Assembly (NCBI GenBank): GCA_937944855.1
Contig: CALFAY010000022.1
Location: 14,507-78,506 of the forward strand
Direction: 5' to 3'
DNA from: an uncultured Planctomycetota bacterium
GTDB lineage: Bacteria > Planctomycetota > Planctomycetia > Gemmatales > HRBIN36
Length of the DNA: 64,000 nucleotides
In this document: piece after piece, positions 50,928-61,862 of the stretch
How positions within the stretch are numbered: position 1 is the stretch's first letter
Layout: every line of letters begins with the position of its first letter
Position numbers and translations under genes: made by a program
The notes under the pieces: generated by a model
Seen by the model: the letters and a program-made list of their open reading frames with translations, nothing else
Told to the model about the DNA's origin: nothing
Database searches by the model: none

Positions 50928-52280
50928 ATGGATGCAGTAGCGCTACCCGGAACGCCTTCGACCCGCCTGCGCTGGATCGTTTATGGTTTGGCAAGCCTGA
51001 TCCTCGTGGCTGTGGCGGTGCAGTATGCCGTCAAGGCCTCGGAGGACCGTTCCGCGTTCGTGCGCTGGCGGAACCAGGTGGAGGATCTCGGACGCGGCGT
51101 GGACATCTATGCCGTCCACATCTACCCCAATCCGCCGATCACCGCCCTGATCCTGTACCCGTTCGTCCAGCTTCCGACGTGGACCATCGGCAACTTCGAC
51201 CTGGATTTAGGAGCGCTGGCATGGTTCGCCGTCAAGACGGCGATGACGATCCTGGCCTTCGCATGGACGGTGCGGCTGATCGAAACTCCCACGGCTCCAT
51301 TTCCAGGCTGGGCGCAAGTGTTGACAGCGGTTCTCGTGCTGCGGCCCATCATCGGAGACTTGCGCCACGGAAACGTCAATCTGCTCATTCTCTTCCTGGT
51401 GGTTGCCGCGTTGTATGCGTTCCATCGGCACCGGGACTTCCTGGCCGGCGTTGTCTTAGGACTGGCAATTGCCTGCAAGGTCACGCCTGCCCTGTTCGTG
51501 CCCTACTTCCTCTGGAAGCGGGCCTGGCGGACCGTGGCGGGCAGCATTCTGGGATTGGTGCTGTTTCTGGTAGTGGTGCCCGGAGCCTTGCTCGGCTTCC
51601 GACACAATCTCGTCCTGCTGCACAGCTGGTACGAGCGCATGGCCGCTCCCTACCTGCACGGCAACCAGATTACGACGGAACACTCTAACCAGTCCCTGCC
51701 CGGCCTGATCTACCGCCTGACGACCACCAGCCCGTCGTTTTTCGACGAGGAAGACCGGCCAGCGGATTACCACAATGTGCTGAATCTGGAGCCTTGGCAA
51801 GCCCGGAGAATCCTCCAGGCGTGCGGCCTGGCCTTCCTGGTCCTGATGGTCTGGACCTGCCGGACGCCCTTGGATCAGCGCAACGGCTGGCCGATGGCGG
51901 CGGAGTTCGGGCTGATCCTGCTAGGGATGTTGTTGTTCAGCGAACGGACCTGGAAGCATCACTGCGTCACGCTACTGGTTCCCGTGGCGGTTCTGTGTTC
52001 CTGTCTGGCCTGGCGGTGGCATGACGGGTGGTGGCGGGCCTATCTCATAGCGACGTTGGCAGCGTCTCAGCTTCTCATGGCCAGCACCAGCACGGCCTTG
52101 TGGGAACCGATCGGCTTTCGAACGGGAGCGAAACTCGCTCAGGTGTACGGCGGATATGTCTGGGCTTACGTCGTACTTTTGACAGCTCTGGCTATCCTGC
52201 TCAAGACAAAGCCTGAACGATTTCCTCGCGCACCGGGCCATCTTCTTCCACAACCAGACGGGCGTGCAGAGCCTGCCTGA
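50928..52280 (+). CDS. Glycosyltransferase family 87 (DUF2029) membrane protein
   Basis: YPNPP, GNVN, AIACKVTP, NQSL, TWKHH motifs; multiple TM segments. Confidence 0.88.
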   Translation: MDAVALPGTPSTRLRWIVYGLASLILVAVAVQYAVKASEDRSAFVRWRNQVEDLGRGVDIYAVHIYPNPPITALILYPFVQLPTWTIGNFDLDLGALAWFAVKTAMTILAFAWTVRLIETPTAPFPGWAQVLTAVLVLRPIIGDLRHGNVNLLILFLVVAALYAFHRHRDFLAGVVLGLAIACKVTPALFVPYFLWKRAWRTVAGSILGLVLFLVVVPGALLGFRHNLVLLHSWYERMAAPYLHGNQITTEHSNQSLPGLIYRLTTTSPSFFDEEDRPADYHNVLNLEPWQARRILQACGLAFLVLMVWTCRTPLDQRNGWPMAAEFGLILLGMLLFSERTWKHHCVTLLVPVAVLCSCLAWRWHDGWWRAYLIATLAASQLLMASTSTALWEPIGFRTGAKLAQVYGGYVWAYVVLLTALAILLKTKPERFPRAPGHLLPQPDGRAEPA

Positions 52281-53358
52281 TTGAATCGGGCTGAATATTC
52301 TCATGCAGATAGCGGCCCAGCGCCCAGGCCACGGCTCCCCGCACGAGCGGTTCTTCGTCGTTCAAGGCCCGCAGGAGAACCGGAAGAGCAGCAGGATCAC
52401 GGCGATTGCCCAGAACGATGGCTACGTTGCGAAGCAAACCGGCTCGACGGGGCCGAGTCAATGGCGTTCCCCGGAACACCTCACGAAACCGCGACGGCGA
52501 CAGCTCCAACCAGGCGATCAGGTCTGGGGTGGCGAGCATCGGCCACGGTTGAAGCTCGGGATCGGTCGTGACCGGGACTTTGCGGTTCCACGGGCACACG
52601 TCCTGGCAGATGTCGCAGCCGAAGACCCAATCGCCGATCTGCTCCCGCAATTCCCGGGGAATCGGCTTGCGCAATTCGATGGTCAAGTAGCTGATGCAGC
52701 GGCGGGCATCGAGAACTCTGGGTTCGGGGAAGGCCCCGGTCGGACAGGCTTCCAGACAGGCCGTGCAGGTGCCGCAATGGCTCGCTTCGTGCGGCGGATC
52801 GGGGTGCAGCGGGACGTTGACGAGCAATTCCCCCAGGAAGAACCAGCTGCCCCAGTACTTGTTGAGGAGCATCGTGTTCTTTCCGAACCATCCCAGGCCG
52901 GCGAGCCGAGCGTAGTCCCGTTCGAGCAACGGAGCCGTATCAACGACGACTCGCCCGTGACAATCGGGTACCCGCTCCTGAAGCCAATCGAGAAGCCGTT
53001 TCAGCCGTTGCCGCAGCAGATCATGGTAATCCCGCATCCGCGCATAGCGGGAAACCCGCCCGGTGACGGAAGGTCGGGCGGGAGTTTCATTGGCCGGGTG
53101 AATCGGAACGCCGTGGGCATCGGCGACGTAGTAGTTCAGGCCGACGACGATGACCGACTGGACGTCGGCCAGGACGGACTTGGGATCGGCACGGGCGTCG
53201 CGGTGCTTCTCCATGTAGGCCATGTCGCCGGCCTGCCCGCGGCTGAGCCACTGGTCGAAACGAGGAAACCCGGGAGGCGGGACAGCGGGAGCGATGCCGA
53301 CAAGATCAAAGCCGAGGCGTCGGGCCTCGGCTTTCAAGAGCTCTTCCAGCGAACGCAT
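52201..53358 (-). CDS. queG: Epoxyqueuosine reductase
   Basis: SRYA...DYH, VDTAPLLER, CGTCTACLEACPT, RCISYLTIE, GCDICQDVCPWN, HEAT-repeat tail. Confidence 0.96.
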   Translation of the reverse strand: MRSLEELLKAEARRLGFDLVGIAPAVPPPGFPRFDQWLSRGQAGDMAYMEKHRDARADPKSVLADVQSVIVVGLNYYVADAHGVPIHPANETPARPSVTGRVSRYARMRDYHDLLRQRLKRLLDWLQERVPDCHGRVVVDTAPLLERDYARLAGLGWFGKNTMLLNKYWGSWFFLGELLVNVPLHPDPPHEASHCGTCTACLEACPTGAFPEPRVLDARRCISYLTIELRKPIPRELREQIGDWVFGCDICQDVCPWNRKVPVTTDPELQPWPMLATPDLIAWLELSPSRFREVFRGTPLTRPRRAGLLRNVAIVLGNRRDPAALPVLLRALNDEEPLVRGAVAWALGRYLHENIQPDSIRQALHARLVVEEDGPVREEIVQALS

Positions 53359-53376
53359 GGGGAGGAACCCCGCCCG

Positions 53377-54864
53377 TCAATCGCCCTGGCCGTTGCCATT
53401 GCCGTGCATCAGCCCGTACTTCTTCATCTTTTTGTAGAGGGTGACGCGACTGATGCCGAGTTCCCTGGCGGCCCGGGAACGGCTGCCGCCGTGATTGGCC
53501 AAGGCCCGCTGGATAACGCTCCGCTCCAGGACTTCGCGGTTGTACAGCAGGGTGTCCACGGGGGCCTTGATGGCCGGGACGTGGACCAGGGAATGTTCCT
53601 GGATGGCCTCGGGCAGATGCTTCAGTTGCAGGACCGGCCCCTGACTGACCAGGACCGCATGTTGGATGGCGTTCTCCAGTTCCCGAAGGTTGCCGGGCCA
53701 GTGATACGACTCCAAGGCCGCCATCGCCTCCGGGCTGATTTCGTAGAGGTCTTTCTTGAACTTGGCGTTGAACCGGGCCGCAAACCCGCGCACCAGCGGG
53801 GCGATGTCTTCCACCCGTTCCCGCAGCGGGGGCAGATGGAAGGACATGACGTTGAAGCGGAAGTAGAGGTCTTGGCGGAAGCGGCCTTTGTCTGCTTCTT
53901 CCTTGAGATTGCGATTGCTGGCCACGATGAGGCGGCATTCAGTGCGATGCGTCTCGGTGCTGCCGACCGGCTCGTACTCGCCGGTCTCGACGACGCGAAG
54001 CAAATTGGCTTGCTGCTCCAGGGGCAAGGCGTCGATTTCGTCGAGCAGCAGGGTGCCGCGGCCGGCGGCGGCGAACTTGCCGATCTTGGTGCGGTCGGCT
54101 CCGGTGAACGCGCCTTTGACGTGCCCGAAGAATTCGCTTTCCACCAGGTTGGGGGCCAAGGCTCCGCAGGGCACGATCAGGAACCGCTCGTTGCGTCGCG
54201 GGGAAAACTCGTGGATCAGCCGGGCCAGGAAGGTCTTGCCCGTGCCGGTTTCACCGGTGAGCAGAACGATGACGTCGTGGGACGCGGCCAAGGCCAGCTT
54301 TTCGACCAGAGGCACCAAAGACGGCGTATAGGCCAGCAGGCGCCGCGCCATCTGATCTTCGACGGAACCTTCCGGGAAGCTGCCAAGGTCGGGTTTGCGG
54401 CGACGCAGGCAGGAGTTGCGGACGACGTGGGCCAACTGAGCGGCGTCCCGAGGCCAGTAGCAGACCTGGGCGACCCGGTCCGAGACTTCGCTGAGCCATT
54501 GGGGACTGCACTCCTCCACGGTCAGCAGAACCACCTGATAGGAGAGTTTCTGGAGGCTGATGATCTGGATCAGTTGACGAGCCTGCTCGGCCTCGGCAGC
54601 GGAAGCGGCCAGCAGGACGAGCAAACCATCGCGTTCGCGCGGCGCTTCGCTGATGATGCTCTCGTAGGATCGGACGCTCAGAGTACAGCCGGCCGACTTG
54701 CGCAGCTGCGGCACGATGCCCTCCGCCGAGGCGCGGTCAGCTGTCACCAGATACTGACCCGGGTGCGGGGCGTTCCTGGCATGACCGTTCCGTGATCCTG
54801 CGGTGCGTCGGACGACCGAAACCTTGTCAGCGTCCAGGCAGGGGTTTTCCGATATCAAGTCCAT
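53377..54864 (-). CDS. Sigma-54-dependent transcriptional activator
   Basis: GETGTGKT, GAFTGA, LLDEID, FRQDLYFR, WPGNLRELEN, Fis-type HTH. Confidence 0.94.
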   Translation of the reverse strand: MDLISENPCLDADKVSVVRRTAGSRNGHARNAPHPGQYLVTADRASAEGIVPQLRKSAGCTLSVRSYESIISEAPRERDGLLVLLAASAAEAEQARQLIQIISLQKLSYQVVLLTVEECSPQWLSEVSDRVAQVCYWPRDAAQLAHVVRNSCLRRRKPDLGSFPEGSVEDQMARRLLAYTPSLVPLVEKLALAASHDVIVLLTGETGTGKTFLARLIHEFSPRRNERFLIVPCGALAPNLVESEFFGHVKGAFTGADRTKIGKFAAAGRGTLLLDEIDALPLEQQANLLRVVETGEYEPVGSTETHRTECRLIVASNRNLKEEADKGRFRQDLYFRFNVMSFHLPPLRERVEDIAPLVRGFAARFNAKFKKDLYEISPEAMAALESYHWPGNLRELENAIQHAVLVSQGPVLQLKHLPEAIQEHSLVHVPAIKAPVDTLLYNREVLERSVIQRALANHGGSRSRAARELGISRVTLYKKMKKYGLMHGNGNGQGD

Positions 54865-55472
54865 GGACGAACCTCTTATGGGTGTTCCGGATGGCGGACC
54901 GTCGGTCGAGGAACGCCTCCTTCCTCATGCTGGGCTGCACCGACTCCCGCCGGCTGGCATCCTTAGTCGCTTGTTGTTGACACGGGCCTGTCAATCCGAT
55001 CCTGAGGCGCGACCGGAGCGACGGGCCTTAAGGTGTCTCCGGGATGTCCCATCTGGTCACGAGGGATGAATCCAGGTTGAGTCTTCGGCAAGAGGAAGTC
55101 CCACGAATGTCCGGGACCTTGGAGGGGCTGATGATCCCCATGCCGAATCCGCAGCCACGATGCGTCCGATACCCCCAATCGGCACGCGATGGCGGCGGCC
55201 CAGAGCGGCGCTTCATCGGAGCCCGCGTGGGCGACGATGCTCGAGCTACGAGGCTCCCTACCATCCAACTCTCAAGCGGGGAGAGCGGGAGTTGGCCGAA
55301 TCAGACGCTTCCTGCGCCGAACCATCTGTCTCGCCCAATCCCATGTGGCGGGTCTAGCATGGACCCGTGGAGACATTGATGCGATGAATGTAGTCGGAGT
55401 GCTCCTGCCTTGTCAACAGGGTAGTTTCCAAAATCTAACACTTGGGGAGGTCGTACCGCCTTTGCCGGATTT

Positions 55473-56174
55473 TCAGGCTCCCTCCCGCTCGGCGGTCTGA
55501 GGCGGAGCGGCTTGCGTTTCTCCATGCGGCAGCGGACGTTGCGACCGCTTCAGGAGACGGACGTCGGGGGCCGGTCCCTTGGCATTCTCTCCCTCCCAGA
55601 TAAAGCGGGAATCCAGGATCGACTGCGCGATCTCGCGGATCTTCTTGCGCTGCCGGCGCGACTGCACCCGCATCCGCATGTACGCCTCTTCTTCCGACAG
55701 GCCCAGCGTCTGCATCAGCACGCCCTTGGCTTTCTCGATGACGATGCGGTCGCTGAGACGTTGGCTGAGACTGGCCACCTGATTGCGGAGCAGGTTCTCG
55801 CGGCGAGCGGCACAGCAAAGACTCTGCAGCGCTGCCCACACCTCTTCTGCGCCGGCGGAGGCGGGAAGGAACGCCAAGGGGTACTTCTCCGCCAGGGGAA
55901 GCCAGCCGGAGATCGCCGAGGCAGTGACGGCCACCAGCAGGGGCAACCCGGTGTCGAGCACGATCAGGGCCTCGCTCGGCTCCGTGCGGCTGATGCCGTT
56001 GTAGAGGACAGCTTCCAGTTGACCGGCCCGCAGGCGCTCGCCTAAGTCCGCCACCCACCCGCATACCCCGACCAGGACCAGCTGCTTGCCCTCGCGGATC
56101 AGCCCGTTCACCAACGGTTGCAAGCTGGCCTGGGCGGGCGTGGTATCGGCGTCCTCGATCAACCAGACTCGCAT
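55473..56174 (-). CDS. ANTAR-domain antitermination regulator with pseudo-receiver domain
   Basis: LSDRIVIEKAKGVLM...LSEEEAY..MR..SR ANTAR signature; start MRVWLIED. Confidence 0.88.
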   Translation of the reverse strand: MRVWLIEDADTTPAQASLQPLVNGLIREGKQLVLVGVCGWVADLGERLRAGQLEAVLYNGISRTEPSEALIVLDTGLPLLVAVTASAISGWLPLAEKYPLAFLPASAGAEEVWAALQSLCCAARRENLLRNQVASLSQRLSDRIVIEKAKGVLMQTLGLSEEEAYMRMRVQSRRQRKKIREIAQSILDSRFIWEGENAKGPAPDVRLLKRSQRPLPHGETQAAPPQTAEREGA

Positions 56175-56666
56175 GATCCTTCCCCGTTCTGGCCCGCAGG
56201 GGGCGGCAGTGGAAGCTGCACACGGCGTTAAGCGATCTTGCACGGCAACTAGGAGGGTCGCAGGAGCGGCCCCACCAGCCGGGTAGGGGAGGGATTCACG
56301 TTTTCTCCCGAACGGGACGCCTCCTCTCGTCCTGCGGGAGATGGCTGCATGAGTATCGTAATTCGCACTTGCTGTACAGGCAAGGAAACATTGCTCCAAA
56401 GTTTGACTCCCCTCTGTCACTTCATTCAGAAAATTTCAGAACCGGCGCGAAGTGCCCTGCGAACTGTTCAGCTTTGGCTACACTGCTTAGGACGGTGAAG
56501 CGCCGCGCGAAGTTCCCGATCCTGGGAAATTGTTCCGATCCTTCTTGACATGCCGACCGGCACAGTGGAATATGAGAAAGGCGAGAATGCGCGGTGGACA
56601 CTGCCACAGCGCAGTCGCAGCCAGGTGGGCCGGATTTATTGTTGTTCATTGCTTGGAGGTCATACC

Positions 56667-57653
56667 ATGTTCCCTGTCAGGCCGAAACAGCGGCGAGCAT
56701 TCACCCTGATCGAATTGCTAGTGGTCATTGCCATCATCGTGACGCTGATGGGCTTATTGCTGCCGGCAGTGCAGCGCGTCCGCGAGGCGGCAGCCAGTCT
56801 GACTTGTGCCAGCAACCTGCGGCAGATCGGCGTGGCCATGCACAACACGGGCCCCAGCAGCTACTTGCCCACGGGCGGCGGTCATCGAGACGATTCGCGC
56901 ACGTTCGTTGGTATCAGCATCGGTCAGCGCGACAATCAGGCCTGGGGCTGGCCCTACCAGATCCTACCACAGATCGAAGGCGACAACATCTGGTCCCTGC
57001 CTGCCGGGCAGGAAGGTATCATCATCACCTCCACGACCAAGCTGTACTTCTGCCCGTCGCGGGGAGTGCCCCGGAAGGTCGCTAACCGGGCCATGATCGA
57101 CTACGCGGGCAATGCAGGCACAGCGATTTGGGCTGCCATCCCGTCTGCTGGAAGCAGCGGGGCGGTTCGCAATACTGCTTCCGACATTCCCCATGACGGC
57201 CTGATTCTAAAAGTGCGTCCGAGGGATCCAGTAATTTCCGGCAGTCCCGGAGGTCCCGACCAGCCGATCAAGCTGACCCAGATTCCTGACGGCTCGTCCC
57301 AGACGATCCTGGTCGGTGAGAAGCGTTTGAACCTCAATCTCCTCGGTCAGGCCCAGGAAGGCGACATCATGGGCTACGCCTCCGGCTTCGACAACGACAT
57401 CGTCCGCTCTGCGGACATCCGCAATCCCCTTGGTGCCATTGGGCGAGACCTGGTCGGCCGCTACGCCTTTGACCCCAGTGGGGCTGCGATTCAAGTCATG
57501 GACGGCTTCGGCTCGGCCCATCCGAGCGGGTGCAACATCCTGTTCGCCGACGGGCACGTCACTTATGTGCGGTACGATGTCGATCCCCAAGTCTTCCTTC
57601 AGCTTTGCAATCGCGCGGGTGGCGTCCACGTGGACATGGGCCAGATCGAGTGA
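56667..57653 (+). CDS. DUF1559 prepilin-type protein
   Basis: [14 protein letters not shown]...[39 protein letters not shown]; RBS GGAGG. Confidence 0.95.
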   Translation: MFPVRPKQRRAFTLIELLVVIAIIVTLMGLLLPAVQRVREAAASLTCASNLRQIGVAMHNTGPSSYLPTGGGHRDDSRTFVGISIGQRDNQAWGWPYQILPQIEGDNIWSLPAGQEGIIITSTTKLYFCPSRGVPRKVANRAMIDYAGNAGTAIWAAIPSAGSSGAVRNTASDIPHDGLILKVRPRDPVISGSPGGPDQPIKLTQIPDGSSQTILVGEKRLNLNLLGQAQEGDIMGYASGFDNDIVRSADIRNPLGAIGRDLVGRYAFDPSGAAIQVMDGFGSAHPSGCNILFADGHVTYVRYDVDPQVFLQLCNRAGGVHVDMGQIE

Positions 57654-57682
57654 CCGTGTTTTAACTTGCTGAGCCATTGCGT

Positions 57683-57719
57683 CAGCCCCACGGCTTGTTG
57701 CCGTGGGGCTGGTTTATTT
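57683..57719 (+). terminator. Intrinsic terminator
   Basis: CAGCCCCACGGC-TTGTT-GCCGTGGGGCTG, a 12-bp stem followed by GTTTATTT. Confidence 0.8.
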
Positions 57720-57795
57720 CACCTCCGCACCAGCAGCAGCATCAGGCCATCCGAGGCGGAGCCGCTGATCTCGGCAGAGCAGGTGGTTTGCGTCT

Positions 57796-58689
57796 TCACG
57801 GCGTTGACAGCAAGCCGGCTTTTTGCAAGATCGCACGTAGCTTTTCGAGCTTGTCAGGGGAGAGCGGTCCGACGGGAGAGCGACAGGGCCCGATGGACAG
57901 GCCCATGAGCTCCAGGGCCGCCTTGACCCCGCTGGGCGGCGTGCCGAGGCCGAGGCTTAAACGGATCGGGTTTAAACGCCATTGAGCTGCTCTGGCGGCC
58001 TCCTGATCGCCACGCTGAAATGCGTTATAAATCTCGACACACAGAGCCGGGGCGACATTGCCCGAAGCAGGGATCGCTCCCTTGGCTCCGAATTGCAAAC
58101 TGGAATAAATCAAGGTGTCCCGGCCTTGCAGCACCGCAAACGACGGCGTAACGACGCGGATATATTCCAGCGTCGTGGTCATATCTCCGCTAGAATCCTT
58201 GATTCCGATGAAGCGGGGATCTTCGGCCAGCCGGGCCACCGTGTCCACGTCGAGTTTTAATCCGCCGCAGGTCACCGGATTGCTGTACAAGATAATCGGC
58301 AGGCTCGTAACGTCGGCGATGCGGCGGTAATGGTCCAGAATCTCCTTTTGATTGGGACTGATAAAATAGGGCGTAATGATCGAAACCGCATCGACGCCTT
58401 CGCGCTGGGCCATGCGGGTCAGGCGGATCACTTCGCGGGTGGACTCCGCGCCAGTGCCTGCGTAAACCGGAACGCGGCCGGCAACGTGCTCCACGGCCGT
58501 TGCAATGACCGCCTGTTTCTCCCGCTCGTCGAGGGCGTAAAACTCGCTGTTGGTGCCAAGGACGAAGATGGCGTGAACTCCCGCGTTTAACAAGCGGTCG
58601 ATATACCAGCGCAAACGCGGGAGATCGAGTTCCTCGTCGGGCCGCATCGGCGTCGCTACCGGCGGAATGATCCCTTGCAGCGACTTCAT
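57796..58689 (-). CDS. Dihydrodipicolinate synthase family aldolase
   Basis: GTNSEF, ITPYF, ILYSNP, Schiff-base motif GIKDSSGD. Confidence 0.92.
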   Translation of the reverse strand: MKSLQGIIPPVATPMRPDEELDLPRLRWYIDRLLNAGVHAIFVLGTNSEFYALDEREKQAVIATAVEHVAGRVPVYAGTGAESTREVIRLTRMAQREGVDAVSIITPYFISPNQKEILDHYRRIADVTSLPIILYSNPVTCGGLKLDVDTVARLAEDPRFIGIKDSSGDMTTTLEYIRVVTPSFAVLQGRDTLIYSSLQFGAKGAIPASGNVAPALCVEIYNAFQRGDQEAARAAQWRLNPIRLSLGLGTPPSGVKAALELMGLSIGPCRSPVGPLSPDKLEKLRAILQKAGLLSTP

Positions 58690-58713
58690 GGTCACGGTTT
58701 CCTGGATGGGGGA

Positions 58714-59331
58714 TTATTTCTTCTCGGTTGTATCAACGACCGGCGTAAGTATGACATCCAGTCCGATGTTGGTCGTGGCGATGGTCCATTCGGAGCGGTC
58801 CCAGCCGGTGATGATCTTCGTGGCTTCGAGGCGGTCGAGCAATTGTTCGACGAACACCGGCACCTGATCTTCAAACTCCTGGATTAAATCCAGTTTCCGT
58901 CCGATGAAATTAAGCAATCCGCTCAAGGGCCGCCGACCCTTTTCGCCGTACAGTTTTTTACCTTGGGGAGAAGCCGGGTCCGGGCCGCGAAAGGTCAGTT
59001 CGATGGACTTGGCGGCCCGGCCGATCCTGGCGAACACGCCGTCGCCCAGACCGATGTAGTCGGCGTGAAGGATCTGCACCGTGCCTTTGCGCACACGGGC
59101 GGCTTTATACACCGATTCCAGCTCGTTCTCCAGGAAACCATGCTCGAAGGCGATGTTGATCGCCTTGGCCATGTTCTGCAAGGCCTTCTGCACCGGCACG
59201 GCAGAGGGCGAGACGGGCAACTGCATGTCGTGCAGCCCGGCCGCCATTCGCGCTGTGACCGGCTCACCCGGCAACTTGGGCGATACAGCGATGTTCAACT
59301 GGCTGATCCCTTGCGGTGGATTCTTGGCCAT
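58714..59331 (-). CDS. Hypothetical protein
   Basis: Co-oriented ORF with RBS GAGGAG before MAKNPPQG; no motif recognised. Confidence 0.7.
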   Translation of the reverse strand: MAKNPPQGISQLNIAVSPKLPGEPVTARMAAGLHDMQLPVSPSAVPVQKALQNMAKAINIAFEHGFLENELESVYKAARVRKGTVQILHADYIGLGDGVFARIGRAAKSIELTFRGPDPASPQGKKLYGEKGRRPLSGLLNFIGRKLDLIQEFEDQVPVFVEQLLDRLEATKIITGWDRSEWTIATTNIGLDVILTPVVDTTEKK

Positions 59332-59399
59332 GCGGTGCTCCTCGTGCTGACGGCCGCGCAATCAGATGCGCCAAAGTTTCTAGATTCTGCAACAGGTTC

Positions 59400-60971
59400 T
59401 CACAAGGTCGGTCCGATGCTCCACGGAGCAAACTCTTCTTCGCCGACGCCGTGCAGTTCGCTTTTGGTCTTTTTGCCGCTGGCGACTTCGAGAATCTCCT
59501 CGAAGATGCGCTGGCCCACTTCGGCCACCGAAGCCCCTTCGAGGACGACGCCGGCGTTGATGTCCATGTCATCGGGCATCCGCTCAAAGAGCGGCGTGTT
59601 GGTGGCCACCTTGATCGAAGGCACCGGCTTGCAGCCGAAGACCGAACCACGGCCCGTGGTGAAGACCAGGATGTTGGCTCCTCCGGCGACCAGGCCGGTC
59701 ATGGAAACCGGGTCGTACCCTGGCGTGTCCATGACGACGAAACCTTTTCGCGGGATCGGTTCGGCATAGCGCACCACGTCCATCAGTGCCGTGCTCCCGC
59801 CCTTGGCGATGGCTCCCAGCGATTTTTCGTAGATCGTGGTCAGGCCGCCTTCCTTGTTGCCCCAGGAGGGGTTGTTGTTGATCTCGGCCCCGAAGACGCC
59901 GGTGTACCATTCCCACCAGCGGATCCGCTCCAGGAGTTTCTCGGCGACTTCCGGGGAAATCGCTCGGCGGGTCAGCAAATGTTCGGCCCCGTAGATTTCC
60001 GGCGTTTCGGCAAGCACCGCTGTGCCACCGTCGGCGATGAGCCGATCCGCGGCCCAGCCCAGGGCCGGATTGGCGGTCACGCCGCTGTTGCCGTCCGATC
60101 CGCCACATTGGGTTCCGAGAATAAGTTTGTCGGCACTCAGCCGGACGCGGCGGACGTCGTTGGCCAGCGGAAGCAGATCGGCGACGGCCTTCAGCCCCGC
60201 CTCCACGGTTTGCCGGATTCCCCCGCACTCCTGAATCGTCAGCACGACGGGCGGTTTGCGAATCTGTCCCGAACCGTTGCTTCGCGGCGACAGGGTGAGG
60301 AGGCCTTCCGATTCGATCAGATGCACCGCCTGTCCGGTTTCGCAGCCCAGACCGACGAGGACGCAGGCGGCGACGTTGGCGTGGCGGGCGAACCCGGCCA
60401 GGGTGCGTTCCAATTGCCGATGATCGGGACCGCCGAACGCCATCGCACAGCCGCCCTTGTGGGTGATGGCGAAGACGCCGTCGATGTTCGGAAAGCGATG
60501 CAGCAGTCCGCGCTGCCGGACCTCGTCGCAGATGTAGCGGCTGGTGCTGGCGGAGCAGTTCACCGTGCTGATGACGGCGACATAATTTCGCGTGCCGTAG
60601 CGGCCGTCGCCACGGTCGTAGCCCATCCAGGTCGCCGGGACGGCGGGCCGTGGCGGAGGCGGCGGCACGTCCCGGCAGAAGGCGTAATCCCGGGCGAAAG
60701 CCTCGGCCGTGACGTTGTGGACATGCACATGACAGCCCGCGGCAATGTCGCAACCGGCGAAGCCGATGATCTGTCCGTACTTGCGAATCGCTGAGCCTCG
60801 GGGGATTGCGGACAGGGCGACCTTATGGCCCAGGGGAATCGGGTCCGCAATCCGCAGCGCAGTTCCATTCCATGCGAATTCCTGACCGGGAGCCAGTTTT
60901 CGGGCAGCCACGGCGACATTATCCAGCGGGTGGAGAACCACGGCGACCTGGGAGAGACTGCGTTCCGGCAT
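59400..60971 (-). CDS. Altronate/galactarate dehydratase family (UxaA-like) with SAF domain
   Basis: DNVAVA, GHKVAL, HVHVHN, GLGCE, CGGSD, NPSWGNKEGGLTTI, FTTGRG. Confidence 0.93.
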   Translation of the reverse strand: MPERSLSQVAVVLHPLDNVAVAARKLAPGQEFAWNGTALRIADPIPLGHKVALSAIPRGSAIRKYGQIIGFAGCDIAAGCHVHVHNVTAEAFARDYAFCRDVPPPPPRPAVPATWMGYDRGDGRYGTRNYVAVISTVNCSASTSRYICDEVRQRGLLHRFPNIDGVFAITHKGGCAMAFGGPDHRQLERTLAGFARHANVAACVLVGLGCETGQAVHLIESEGLLTLSPRSNGSGQIRKPPVVLTIQECGGIRQTVEAGLKAVADLLPLANDVRRVRLSADKLILGTQCGGSDGNSGVTANPALGWAADRLIADGGTAVLAETPEIYGAEHLLTRRAISPEVAEKLLERIRWWEWYTGVFGAEINNNPSWGNKEGGLTTIYEKSLGAIAKGGSTALMDVVRYAEPIPRKGFVVMDTPGYDPVSMTGLVAGGANILVFTTGRGSVFGCKPVPSIKVATNTPLFERMPDDMDINAGVVLEGASVAEVGQRIFEEILEVASGKKTKSELHGVGEEEFAPWSIGPTL

Positions 60972-61128
60972 GGCGGCGGTTTCCGAAGGCTCGACGATCC
61001 AGAAGTCACCATACCCGCTCCGAAGGAGATCGCAAAGGGGCTGGTCGCTGGGACGCCCTGATGCTGCGGCCGGGCGCTGATGCGATCGAACCGTACAAAC
61101 GGTACTTCGTCTGGAAAGGTGCTTCCGG

Positions 61129-61752
61129 TCAGGTTTTTTGGGCGTAGATGGCCAGCAGGACCTCCTCGGGATTCTCGTAGCGTTTCCCGGACTGCCTGAC
61201 CTTTTCCAGCAGTTGCCGGGCCTCTTCGGCGGTGTGGCCGACGCTGCGGAGGGCCTCGTAGGCCAAGTCCCAGACATCGGGTGCGGTCGGTTGCTCTGGC
61301 GGCCACTCCGCTCCTTTGCGCATCAAAGCGAATTTCGTCACCTTGTTCCGCAGGGCATTGATGATCTTTTCGGCCGTCGCTTTGCCGATGCCGGGAAGTT
61401 CTTCAAGCATTCGTCGATCCGCCCGTTGGATGGCGTCGGCGATTTCAGTCACGGGCCGACTCATGGCCTTGAGGGCCTTGCGGACGTTGACCCCCTCCAC
61501 AGCGCAGAGCAGCTCGAAGAACTCCAGTTCCGCTTCGGTCAGGAAGCCGATCAGACGGGGAACCAGACGTCCCTGCATCGGCGAGCCTTCGAGATAATGG
61601 CTGGTGTGCAGCGTGATTTCCTGACCCGTGTTGCCGTGAAGTTGGCGAACCACCAGTTCCGGCACCAACACTTCATACTCCAACGGTCCAGCCTGGATCC
61701 GCACGGCGTCGGCGAGCACGCGGTTGATGGTTCCCGTGATGGCTGAAAGCAT
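61129..61752 (-). CDS. ruvA: Holliday junction branch migration protein RuvA
   Basis: OB-fold start, LIGF...FFELL..VEGV, LPGIGKATAEKI HhH, C-terminal ALRSVGH. Confidence 0.9.
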   Translation of the reverse strand: MLSAITGTINRVLADAVRIQAGPLEYEVLVPELVVRQLHGNTGQEITLHTSHYLEGSPMQGRLVPRLIGFLTEAELEFFELLCAVEGVNVRKALKAMSRPVTEIADAIQRADRRMLEELPGIGKATAEKIINALRNKVTKFALMRKGAEWPPEQPTAPDVWDLAYEALRSVGHTAEEARQLLEKVRQSGKRYENPEEVLLAIYAQKT

Positions 61753-61862
61753 GGCTGATCCCTCGTGTTCGGGATATCGTATAGCAAGAGAGCAGCGAAG
61801 GGTTCCGCAGAGTGGAAATCAGACCAACTAACCGCAAAGCCCCGCCGAAGTTCGAGGTGAAC

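Noticed and set aside
10751-53358. tgt and queG as part of a Dpd-type DNA modification system with the helicases
   Set aside because: Both look like canonical tRNA enzymes and lie outside the defence operon.
52303-54795. Long antisense ORFs (830 aa here; also 315-2024, 15326-17671, 28151-30013, 61551-63305)
   Set aside because: Shadows of GC-rich genes on the opposite strand; no recognisable motifs.
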